This document shows positions 56,054 to 64,000 of a DNA stretch of 64,000 nucleotides, in pieces (the first letter of the stretch is position 1; every line of letters begins with the position of its first letter). Under the pieces are notes generated by a model. The model saw only the letters and a list, made by a program, of their open reading frames with translations. It was not told where the DNA came from and ran no database searches. This DNA is from a virus, in the IMG/VR virus record IMGVR_UViG_3300017991_000077, positions 33,476 to 97,475 of that record, one strand, 5' to 3'. The position numbers and the translations under genes were made by a program.

Positions 56054-56767
56054 ATGGTAGCCAAAAAAGTAGACAAAAAAGCAGACACGGCAGTAACCAC
56101 GAAAGAAGAAATCAAGACTAAGTCTAGTCGCAAGGGGAAGGGAACTGTAGATAAAGAAGCACCCTTTAAGGTATTCGAGGTTACTTTGCCTGGGAACATC
56201 AAAATTCAGAAGCGGTTTCGAGAGGGACGAGAGCCTCAAGCAGTGGTGGTTGGACTTCGATTGACTGGAGAGCCCTTTGTCTATCGGTGGACTTCAAGTA
56301 TCAGTGTTGCTCAAGGACTCGCAAAGTCTGTGACTACGAAGTATGTCGAGAAGAAAGACAGGTTCAAAGAAATTTGGGTTCTCGAGGGGAAAGATATAAA
56401 ATTTGTTCGAGTTCAAAGCCCAGATGAGGGAGCGTTACCCCGAGAAGTTACTGAAGACAGATCTTGGACACGGGAATATCGAAATAAAATCAGAGCCGAA
56501 AAAGGGTTGCCACCGTTAGGTAGTCATAAGACTAAATCAAAGGAACCTTCGAAGGAAGATTCGAAGAGCAAAAAGAAGGGTGACGCTAAATTTAAGACCA
56601 AAAAGAAGTCAGGAAAAAAGACTGTAGCAGATGCATCTGAGGCTGCGGGAGCGGAAGCATTCACTTCGAAAAAACGGGCTTTATCTGCGGCGAAAGCGCT
56701 TGGTATTTCTCCAAGTGCTGTTGTCAAAGATACTGACGGCGGCTGGATAATAAATAAGGCATCTTAG
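56054..56767 (+). CDS. Lys-rich hypothetical protein
   Basis: AAAGGAG RBS before ATG 56054. Confidence 0.6.
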   Translation: MVAKKVDKKADTAVTTKEEIKTKSSRKGKGTVDKEAPFKVFEVTLPGNIKIQKRFREGREPQAVVVGLRLTGEPFVYRWTSSISVAQGLAKSVTTKYVEKKDRFKEIWVLEGKDIKFVRVQSPDEGALPREVTEDRSWTREYRNKIRAEKGLPPLGSHKTKSKEPSKEDSKSKKKGDAKFKTKKKSGKKTVADASEAAGAEAFTSKKRALSAAKALGISPSAVVKDTDGGWIINKAS

Positions 56768-56776
56768 GAGGAAAAG

Positions 56777-57496
56777 ATGAAGTCTATTTTTGATATGTCC
56801 GATGAAGAGATTGTGAATCTCAGTGATGAGGAAATCGAAACTCAGGTTAAGCTTACGATGGCGAAAGAGGGCGTTCAATTTCCAGAGCCCGTGACTTTTG
56901 CCGAGGAGATTTCTATTCCAGAACCTGAGTTGGACATGTATTCATGTAATCTTTTTGATAACTACGGGTTTGCGACGATGGAGGATCTTCAGGAAGTACT
57001 GAATGTTTTAGACCGAGTAACTCTGTACAAGCAGGATTATGACTACAGTGTTGGGTATGACATAAAGTATCGTGTAGAGCTTTCTTCCGATGCGGAGGAG
57101 TTGGTCATTCGGCAAAAGAAGCTCTATTCCAAAGAAGACTATTTAAATTACTCGCAGGTATTGATCGATAACAAAAAGATCAAAAAAGAAAATGATAAGC
57201 TGACTTCGGCATATAAGTCTCAGATGGCTGAGGCTTCCGAGGTACGGAAAAGGGTAGACGCTAGAATACATGATGCGATTTCTGCACAAAGTAGAAAGGA
57301 ACGGTACTCCTCATTATATGAAGAGTACCTTGAGCTAGCTGAGGGTAGTACCTCCATAGCTTTACGTTTTCTTGTTGACGCTTATAAGCCAACCAAAGAG
57401 CAGCTGTTATACATTCAGAAAAAGCATTCATTTGAGGAGAAGCTTCTCGATGAATTCATTTCGGAAGAGAAAGAAGACGAAAACCCAGAGGTTTAA
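56777..57496 (+). CDS. Hypothetical protein
   Basis: AGGAGG RBS. Confidence 0.6.
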   Translation: MKSIFDMSDEEIVNLSDEEIETQVKLTMAKEGVQFPEPVTFAEEISIPEPELDMYSCNLFDNYGFATMEDLQEVLNVLDRVTLYKQDYDYSVGYDIKYRVELSSDAEELVIRQKKLYSKEDYLNYSQVLIDNKKIKKENDKLTSAYKSQMAEASEVRKRVDARIHDAISAQSRKERYSSLYEEYLELAEGSTSIALRFLVDAYKPTKEQLLYIQKKHSFEEKLLDEFISEEKEDENPEV

Positions 57497-57580
57497 CGGT
57501 TGGATTGTGTCATGATTACGGGGGATGAGCCCTATACTGCACAAGCAACTAGCCCTGACGATTTAATAAGGCTGAAGTAG

Positions 57581-58500
57581 ATGAAGCTTGTTAAGAAATA
57601 TACTTCTAAAGAATTGATACGGCGATTGCGGCTTCGATATGAAGACACCCAAAAGTATGCTTTTTTGAGCAAGTGGCTAACGGGACCGGGTTTCGATGTA
57701 CTAGTTGGGTGGATGCTGCGGTGTTAGGGTTGTGGCCTTCTGACGGACTTACACGACGAGCTTTCGAGGTAAAAGTATCTCGGGCAGATTTTTTGAATGA
57801 GTTAGATAAGCCCCTCAAGAATTCGTGGGTTCGGAAGTACTTTCATGAATTTTGGTTTGTCGCGCCAGCAGGAGTCATCAAAGAAGAAGAATTGCCGGAG
57901 GGAGATGGTTGGCTCTGTCCTCGTGGAGATGACCAGTTGACTACGAAGAGACATGCAAGCAGAAAAGTCGAGCCGTCACTTGACAACACCTTTTTAGCAA
58001 GTCTTGCTCGGTCGATGGGAAAGGCTAACGAAAAATATAAGGAGGTTGCGACGACTCGTTTTCTTGAAGAAAGTTCTGAGCATCAGAGGGCTTTGAGGTA
58101 TCAGCAGGCTACTGAGCGGTACTTAAAAGAAAGCGGGCAGTACGTTCGAAATTACTCAGGGGAAGATATGGCGAATGAGGTATTCGCTCGATTACAGAAG
58201 TCTTCGATGGATACGAAATATCAAGGGGATTACGAGAGAATTAAGTATCATCTCGAACAGTATCAAGAAACTTTATTTGAGATGTATGACGCGATGACTG
58301 CTCTAGTATTTGTGAATGTATTAGAGACCGATGAGATGGGTGAGCGATTGCACAAATATTTGGCCGATAAAAACAGTCTTACTCTGAGCCACCAGCGAGC
58401 CAGAACCAAAAAATCAAAAAAGAATTACAAAACGAAACAATGGAGTGAGATGTTGAAGACTTTTGATTTCATGAAAGAACGAATAAAAAAGCCCTTTTAG
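57581..58500 (+). CDS. MmcB-like PD-(D/E)xK nuclease-domain protein, with a -1 frameshift at 57661-57667
   Basis: 'VDA..LGLWPS.G....FEVKVSRADF..EL..P.K' motif; the natural N-terminus (MKLVKKY...YAF) is in a different frame. Confidence 0.6.
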
Positions 58501-58517
58501 GGGAATAGGAGTAATGA

Positions 58518-58982
58518 ATGGAGGAGCGTGTTTTGGTAAAAAAGAAAGATGCCGCTGAAATAATCGCAGAACTAAAGGTAGACTTGATAAAATTGAGAAG
58601 TGAATATGGGGAAGTGAAAGAGAAAGTAGAAGAACAAGAAGTAACAATAGGGGCGATAAACCGCACGAACGCAGTGTTGGAACAGGAGAATCTAGACCTC
58701 AAAGAGATAATTGCGCAGCCTTCAAAGCTTCGGGAAGAGTTGAGAGAGTTTGCCGATGCTCAAGAATCTGTTCTTCGGGTTCACGATGAAGATCGTGGGG
58801 ATAGTTGGAGAGATGCTTCGGTAGCTTGGTTATTTCATCGGCTAGAAGGGGAAGTAGGAGAACTTCAGGATGCTTTTAACGATTGTCTTCCTGAGCGTGT
58901 TCGTATGGAGTGCCTCGATGTAGCGAATTTCGCAATGTTTATTTTTTCTAAACTAAAAGGAGAAGTACTGACAAAATTTTAG
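58518..58982 (+). CDS. Coiled coil + MazG-like (all-alpha NTP pyrophosphatase) domain
   Basis: 'RLEGEVGEL...ECLDVANFAMFI'. Confidence 0.6.
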   Translation: MEERVLVKKKDAAEIIAELKVDLIKLRSEYGEVKEKVEEQEVTIGAINRTNAVLEQENLDLKEIIAQPSKLREELREFADAQESVLRVHDEDRGDSWRDASVAWLFHRLEGEVGELQDAFNDCLPERVRMECLDVANFAMFIFSKLKGEVLTKF

Positions 58983-59021
58983 TCTTTAACCTATGAGTTA
59001 CAAATGAAGAGGAACAAAACA

Positions 59022-59690
59022 ATGGCAAAAGAAACGAAGAAAAAAGAAACGAAGAAAAAAGAGAAGAAAAAAGCAACGCTGACTGTCAAGATGACTTTCA
59101 CTGAAGGTCTGTTGGGGACTGCTAGTGCGAACCCAGAATTGCATGAGGAGTATATTGCATCTAAGAGCGCAGACAAGGCCAAGATGAAAGAGGAGCTGGC
59201 CAGTCTGCCAAGCGAAGAACTGATGGATAAGTCGATGACGGTCTTTAGCCGCGACCCCGCAGGAGATCCTTTCTTATTTGATTATCAGATTAAGGGCTAC
59301 CTTAAAGAGACAATCGGTGCGATGGTGGATTTTGATCCAATAGTCCTTCAAGAAAAGCCTTCAGTCAAACTGTCGAAGTATACCTACAAGCGGTACATCG
59401 ATAAGTATATCTTCGTATTCCCACGAAAGATTCCTTTGAGGATGCCCGAAGGCTCTACGGTAACGACGTGCACAAGGCCCCTCAGAGCTGAGACGATGAA
59501 AGGGGAACGGGTTGCTTTGGCGACCAGCGAAGAAGTACCGAAGGGCACGGAGTTGGAGTGTACTATCTACTGGAGGCACCCAAAGTTTGAGGAGTGTATT
59601 AGAGACGCGTTGGAATACGGAGAATGGTCCGGCATAGGCCAGTGGCGGAATTCAGGAAAAGGGCGGTTTGTTTGGGAGGAATTGTCCTAA
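59022..59690 (+). CDS. Stand-alone Cas7/Csm3-like RAMP-fold protein
   Basis: RAMP hallmarks in order: beta1 'LTVKMTFTEGLLG'; 'RD..GDPFL...QIKGYLKE' (cf. P.ipgss.KG.lr); 'EEVPKGTELE'; terminal Gly-rich loop 'GIGQWRNSGKGRF'. Confidence 0.65.
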   Translation: MAKETKKKETKKKEKKKATLTVKMTFTEGLLGTASANPELHEEYIASKSADKAKMKEELASLPSEELMDKSMTVFSRDPAGDPFLFDYQIKGYLKETIGAMVDFDPIVLQEKPSVKLSKYTYKRYIDKYIFVFPRKIPLRMPEGSTVTTCTRPLRAETMKGERVALATSEEVPKGTELECTIYWRHPKFEECIRDALEYGEWSGIGQWRNSGKGRFVWEELS

Positions 59691-59785
59691 GACGCTAAGG
59701 CATGGTTGTGCCAGGCGAGGTAAGAGCATAGCCTGGATTGGCATTTCTCAGTAATAGTATGGCGATGAGTAGAAAGCAAAGGAAT
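59691..59785 (+). repeat. Short pentamer-periodic array directly after the RAMP gene (candidate guide RNA)
   Basis: GGC-AT GGT-TG TGC-CA GGC-GA GGT-AA...; delimiter-like sites at 59694, 59720, 59751 and 59776. Confidence 0.6.
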
Positions 59786-59789
59786 CGTT

Positions 59790-61823
59790 ATGAAATTTAA
59801 GGAATTTAACTCGTTGTTGCAGAAGCATGTTCAGGCGATGGCAAAAGACCAACAGTATTTGTTTATGGTGGATCTCGATAAGGACACTGTTTGGGATACA
59901 TACTTGAACAGTTATCCAGAGGGAACAAACCCGATTTTTAGAAAACGTCGCGAGCATGATTGCAGTTGCTGTCGGCATTTTATTCGGGATTTAGGAAGAG
60001 TCGTTGCCATTAAAAACAGGGAAGTGATTACTATCTGGGATTTCGATACGAAGAGTGATGAGTATCAGCCCGTAGTGAATGCTCTTTCAGACCTCATAAA
60101 GTCGAGACCTATTGTGGATGTCTTCATCCCTACTACGAAGTCAATCGGGACAAAGAATAATATAGAGCTTTTGGACAGCGGGGGTGTCCTTGAGTGGAAT
60201 CATTTTTATACCCCCGTACCGAAGTCTTTGGTGACATATGGATTAAGCCAGGCCAGTACTGTTCAAGGACAAATGAGGGATGTTCGTAACGTATTCAAAA
60301 GGTCGCTTAAAGAAATCAGTATCGAGGCGACGAAGACCGTTTTAGAGCTGATTGCTCAGAAGTCTCTGTACAAGGGAGAAGAGTGGCAGTCTGTTTTGAA
60401 GCAGTTTAAAAAGCTTCAGGAGGAGTATTCGAGTATAGACAGTCGGAGTATTTCAGAACTTTATTGTTGGGAAACTTCAGTTCGAGTAGGGCCGATTATT
60501 GGCAAGATTCGAAATCATTCTATCGGAGTTTTGTTAACGGACCTTTCGGAAGGAACAGACCTTGATGCGGCCGTTAGTCGTTATGAGGCCATTGTAGCGC
60601 CTACAAATTACAAACGGCCAAAGGCTATCTTCACCAAGATGATGATTCAGTCAGCTCAAAAGACTGTCAAAGAGTTGGGTTTTGAGGCTTCTTTGGGAAG
60701 ACGGTTCGCAGTACTCGAAGACATTACAGTGCCGAATACCCTTTTCGCCAATCGCAGCGCGACTAAGATTATGACGGGCGATGTCTTTGAGGAGATGGCA
60801 GCGGAGATGCCAGATGGACCGAAGAATCTATCCAAAGTAGAAGAGATAGATATTCGGACTTTCGTCGAACAAGTGTTGCCAAAGGCTACAAGCATCTCAG
60901 CCCTTTTAGAAAACAAGCACGAGAAAAATATGGTTTCTTTGATTGCTCCAAAAGACATCGGCAGCAAGACGATGTTCAAATGGAATAATAATTTTTCTTG
61001 GGCTTATTCGGGCAATATCACGGATAGCATGAAAGAGCGCGTGAAGTCTGCCGGAGGTAAGACCGACGGAGTTCTTAGGTTCTCTATTCAGTGGAATGAC
61101 GACGCCGATACGCCAGACGATTTGGATGCGCATTGCTATGAGCCAAGAGGGAATCTTATCTATTTTAGTAATATGCGGAATCAGAATACGGGTGGACATT
61201 TGGATGTCGACATAACACACCCACATAAAGAAGTTGCTGTGGAAAATATTACGTGGCCGAGTCTACGTAGAATGGAACAAGGAAGGTATGTTTTCTTGGT
61301 ACATAACTATGCTTCACGAGGAGGTAGGGCCGGTTTTTCTGCGGAAATTGAGTTCGATGGCAATATTTATTCGTTCGAGTATCCAAGGCCTTTGAGGCAA
61401 GGTCAGAAGGTGAACGTAGCTGAAGTGCATTTTGATGGGAAAGCATTTACGCTCAAAGGGCTTTTGAAGTCTCAGCATTCTTCTAAGGAGATTTGGGGCC
61501 TTTCTTCAAACAAGTTTCATCCCGTAACGGTGGCGTCGTTCTCGCCCAATTATTGGGATAAACAAGACGAGATTGGTCACCGACACCTCTTTTTTTTCCT
61601 CGATAAATGCGAGAATCCAGAGAGCCCAAACGGCTTTTTTAATGAGTTCTTGAATCAAAATTTGATGGAACATAAGAGAGTATTCGAGGCTTTAGGGGCC
61701 AAGATGCGGGTAGACGATTCAAGCAATCAGTTATCTGGACTTGGTTTTTCAATGACGAAGAGAGCACAACTAGTAGTGAAAGTAACAGGTACTTTTGAGC
61801 GAATGCTCAAGGTAAATTTTTAA
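59790..61823 (+). CDS. Conserved large phage protein (677 aa) with a YfaP/TerD-like C-terminal domain
   Basis: 'R.EHDCSCCRHFI' N-terminus; 'DLDAHC.EP...LDVD...VENITW' domain. Confidence 0.65.
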   Translation: MKFKEFNSLLQKHVQAMAKDQQYLFMVDLDKDTVWDTYLNSYPEGTNPIFRKRREHDCSCCRHFIRDLGRVVAIKNREVITIWDFDTKSDEYQPVVNALSDLIKSRPIVDVFIPTTKSIGTKNNIELLDSGGVLEWNHFYTPVPKSLVTYGLSQASTVQGQMRDVRNVFKRSLKEISIEATKTVLELIAQKSLYKGEEWQSVLKQFKKLQEEYSSIDSRSISELYCWETSVRVGPIIGKIRNHSIGVLLTDLSEGTDLDAAVSRYEAIVAPTNYKRPKAIFTKMMIQSAQKTVKELGFEASLGRRFAVLEDITVPNTLFANRSATKIMTGDVFEEMAAEMPDGPKNLSKVEEIDIRTFVEQVLPKATSISALLENKHEKNMVSLIAPKDIGSKTMFKWNNNFSWAYSGNITDSMKERVKSAGGKTDGVLRFSIQWNDDADTPDDLDAHCYEPRGNLIYFSNMRNQNTGGHLDVDITHPHKEVAVENITWPSLRRMEQGRYVFLVHNYASRGGRAGFSAEIEFDGNIYSFEYPRPLRQGQKVNVAEVHFDGKAFTLKGLLKSQHSSKEIWGLSSNKFHPVTVASFSPNYWDKQDEIGHRHLFFFLDKCENPESPNGFFNEFLNQNLMEHKRVFEALGAKMRVDDSSNQLSGLGFSMTKRAQLVVKVTGTFERMLKVNF

Positions 61824-61833
61824 GGAGAAAACA

Positions 61834-62202
61834 ATGTTCGAAAAAGCATCGAGAAAGAAATTGCGGTTTAATTATCACGGGTCAATATCAGTAGAAGATC
61901 TGTGGGATCTCTCCGTCGAAGACCTGGATGATATGTATGGACTGCTGAGAACTGAGCAGAAGGAAACAAGCACCGAAAGTCTTTTGAAGTCGAAGAGGCT
62001 TGCGGGAACCAATCTTGATCTACGTATCAATCTTGTGAAACATGTCGTCGAGACCAAATTGCAGGAAGCCGATGAGAGAGAAAATCGAGCTATTGTGAAA
62101 CTTCAGAAAGAGAAGATCGCAGAACTTATTCAGGCAAAGAAGGACGATGGTTTGAAGGAAATGACCGTTGAAGAACTTCAAGAGAAGATGGACGAACTCT
62201 AG
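61834..62202 (+). CDS. Conserved phage protein, partner of the upstream gene
   Basis: 'MFEKASR.KLRF...G..SVEDLWDLS' motif; AAGGAG RBS. Confidence 0.65.
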   Translation: MFEKASRKKLRFNYHGSISVEDLWDLSVEDLDDMYGLLRTEQKETSTESLLKSKRLAGTNLDLRINLVKHVVETKLQEADERENRAIVKLQKEKIAELIQAKKDDGLKEMTVEELQEKMDEL

Positions 62203-62950
62203 CAGGGCAAAGCAAAGGCATGGGGCCGTGGTGCTGGTCATTGCAAAGGCATAGTCAAGGCGAAGGGGAGTGAAGCTACGTTATGCTCCGGTAAGGTTTT
62301 GAGAAGTTGGGTTTTGCGTTGAAATGGTTGTGTGTCGCGTTGAAATGGTTGTGTGTCGCGGAGATTAGTTCGGCTTTAGCAAAGCATAGATGAGATAAGC
62401 ATCAGTGAAGCGTAGGCAAAGCAAGGTACTATGACGTAAGGCCCAGGCGTAGAGTGGAGCTGTTTGGATTGGAACTGCAAAGGCACTGAAGAGTTGAGCA
62501 CCAGAACAGTACGGAATTGACTCGTGTCGTAAGCAAAGGCAAGGTAGAATCTGGTTTTGAGCGGCGATGGAGAAGCGGTGTGCTGACATGCGAAGGCAAT
62601 GAAATTCCTGGACTTGAGGCGTGTTGAAATGCAAAGGCATGGAAATGAACCGGAAAGCGTAGGCAGCGTTTGGAACGGCATCACTAAGGTACTGTGCTGC
62701 GAAGCATGATTCAGCAAAGGCAAAGAGATGTGAGGATACGAAATGCGATGGAATTGCGTAGACTCGAGACGCTAAGACTGTGCAGAGGCATAGAAAGGGA
62801 CGGTTAAGTGAAGGAAAGGTCGCGCTAGGTGCGGCAATGCAAAGCAAAGGCAGGACATAGTTCAGTAAGACACTGCAGAGGCGAAGTAGGTCCAAGAAGT
62901 GCTGCGGGATCGCGGGGTGAGGTGTAGACCGGTGTAGAAGTGCAAGGGCA
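62201..62950 (+). repeat. 750-bp non-coding array of nGnnn pentamers with GCAAAGGCA-type delimiters (candidate guide-RNA array)
   Basis: G recurs at every fifth base; exact GCAAAGGCA at 62212, 62243, 62477, 62533, 62631, 62714 and 62844, plus variants; spacings are mostly 26/31/36/41; the track shows no + strand ORF. Confidence 0.8.
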
Positions 62951-62967
62951 GAAAGGAGAGTATAAGA

Positions 62968-63378
62968 ATGAATATTCCGATAGTTAGATTAGAAATTGAG
63001 GGAATGAAACACTCTGTTCAAACGGCTTTGACTGAGTATATTATGCAGATGGATGAGGATATTCATGTAGCGATTGAAAAGGTAATTACTCCTGATAATA
63101 TTTCCTTGGTCATTTCTGATTCGGTAGCACGCACATTAAAAGATGTGTTGCAGACCGAAATAGATAGCCTGTTTAGGTATGGCGATGGACGTAGGGTCCT
63201 AAGAAAAACGGTAAGAAGTTTGATATGGGAACATCTTTCTAAAGATAGGGTGACTACAGATGACACGGGAACAGATACTTCAGAATCGGTTAGAGGATCA
63301 GAATCAGGAGATAAAGAATCTGAATCTGAAGATACAGATGATGGCGAAGAAGATGGAACATCTGAAGGTGGAGAATAA
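62968..63378 (+). CDS. Hypothetical protein with acidic tail
   Basis: AAAGGAG RBS at the end of the array. Confidence 0.55.
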   Translation: MNIPIVRLEIEGMKHSVQTALTEYIMQMDEDIHVAIEKVITPDNISLVISDSVARTLKDVLQTEIDSLFRYGDGRRVLRKTVRSLIWEHLSKDRVTTDDTGTDTSESVRGSESGDKESESEDTDDGEEDGTSEGGE

Positions 63379-63468
63379 TAATCTGAGATTCTTTGCGAAT
63401 ATTCGGCTTGAGGTTTCTAGTCCACGGGTCCCTGTAACAACGCTTCCAGGAAAACAATAGGGGTTTCC

Positions 63469-63729
63469 ATGTCAGCTACGTCCATCATGAGGGTTCTTCA
63501 GGTGTTGAGAGAAAAGCAGAAGAAGAGGCTGTCTGTTCAGGAGAGAAAAATTCAAGATGTTCTGTTAATGAAAACTTTCGAAACCTATGATGATCCGCAT
63601 GAGTTTTTTAAGTTTCTACGATTAGCCGCCTTAGAGCAAAAGTCGATAATGCGTAAAAGAAAAGGACAGCCCAAGCCTTTGACGGCGACAATTGAAGAAT
63701 TGATAGGGCATAGCGGACTAGAAAAATGA
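63469..63729 (+). CDS. Hypothetical protein
   Basis: ORF with a purine-rich RBS. Confidence 0.45.
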   Translation: MSATSIMRVLQVLREKQKKRLSVQERKIQDVLLMKTFETYDDPHEFFKFLRLAALEQKSIMRKRKGQPKPLTATIEELIGHSGLEK

Positions 63730-64000
63730 CTGGATTGGTTAACAAGGGGAAATCAATGCGACGTGATCCACGGACAGACCCGCAAGAGGGCGATGTGCTT
63801 TGGCAGGCCAACGGGACGCGAGAGCTACACATAGATCGGGATAAAGCACGAGGACCCTTGTGCTTTGGGGCATTAGTGATGAAACCTCCGGTTTGCCGCA
63901 TATGTCTGGCCGAGGATCTGGTGCGCATTGCCAAGACAATTGACATGCCTGATCGTGGGGTGCTCGTCACGGCGTCAGTGGATATGCGAAGGCGTCGGGG
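63726..64000 (+). CDS. Hypothetical protein, truncated by the window end
   Basis: ATGA overlap; the frame is open to the end (RDPRTDPQEGDVL...). Confidence 0.45.
   Translation, partial: MTGLVNKGKSMRRDPRTDPQEGDVLWQANGTRELHIDRDKARGPLCFGALVMKPPVCRICLAEDLVRIAKTIDMPDRGVLVTASVDMRRRR

Noticed and set aside
58968-58998. Seventh promoter copy (CTGACAAAATT) before the RAMP gene
   Set aside because: It has two mismatches to the motif and no convincing -10; possible but unsupported.
62365-62895. 176-aa and 115-aa minus-strand ORFs over the array
   Set aside because: No RBS or recognisable domain, odd Cys/Leu/Ala composition and against the local gene direction; best explained as shadows of the periodic array.
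62201-62950. Canonical CRISPR array
   Set aside because: There is no 23-47-nt conserved repeat with unique spacers; the only constant is a roughly 9-nt degenerate delimiter, and the 'spacers' are themselves periodic.
1-64000. tRNA/rRNA genes, integrase, IS elements
   Set aside because: None recognised by eye; a tRNAscan/Infernal run would be needed to exclude them formally.

Overview
This is a 64-kb segment of a large tailed dsDNA phage genome, probably with a contractile tail. It is gene-dense, uses the standard genetic code, and is almost entirely on the + strand. Gene order: (1) 1-13 kb: tail, baseplate and fibre genes, including two paralogous lectin-like adhesins, a DUF6519-type Gly-rich fibre and a 41-aa His-repeat protein; (2) 13-14 kb: holin and spanin-like membrane genes; (3) 14.5-41.7 kb: replication and recombination genes (HTH initiator, DnaC-like loader, DnaB helicase, primase, SSB, PolA, intein-containing SF2 helicase, RecA, resolvases, ligase, ParB, Cas4-like nuclease); (4) 41.7-51.7 kb: SpoVS and a 7-deazaguanine DNA-modification cluster (QueD, QueE, FolE, QueC, DpdA-like TGT) interleaved with a HAD phosphatase, a radical SAM enzyme, three glycosyltransferases and a sulfotransferase; (5) 52-64 kb: an accessory region. 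Six copies of a conserved TTGACAAAACT promoter occur, four of them at 52-56 kb. The most striking item is a stand-alone Cas7/Csm3-like RAMP gene (59022-59690). It is followed by a non-coding, non-CRISPR array made of nGnnn pentamers punctuated by a GCAAAGGCA-type delimiter at 5n+1 spacings (59691-59785 and 62201-62950). This is a candidate RNA-guided system with a periodic guide code. All family calls come from motif recognition by eye; no database search was run.
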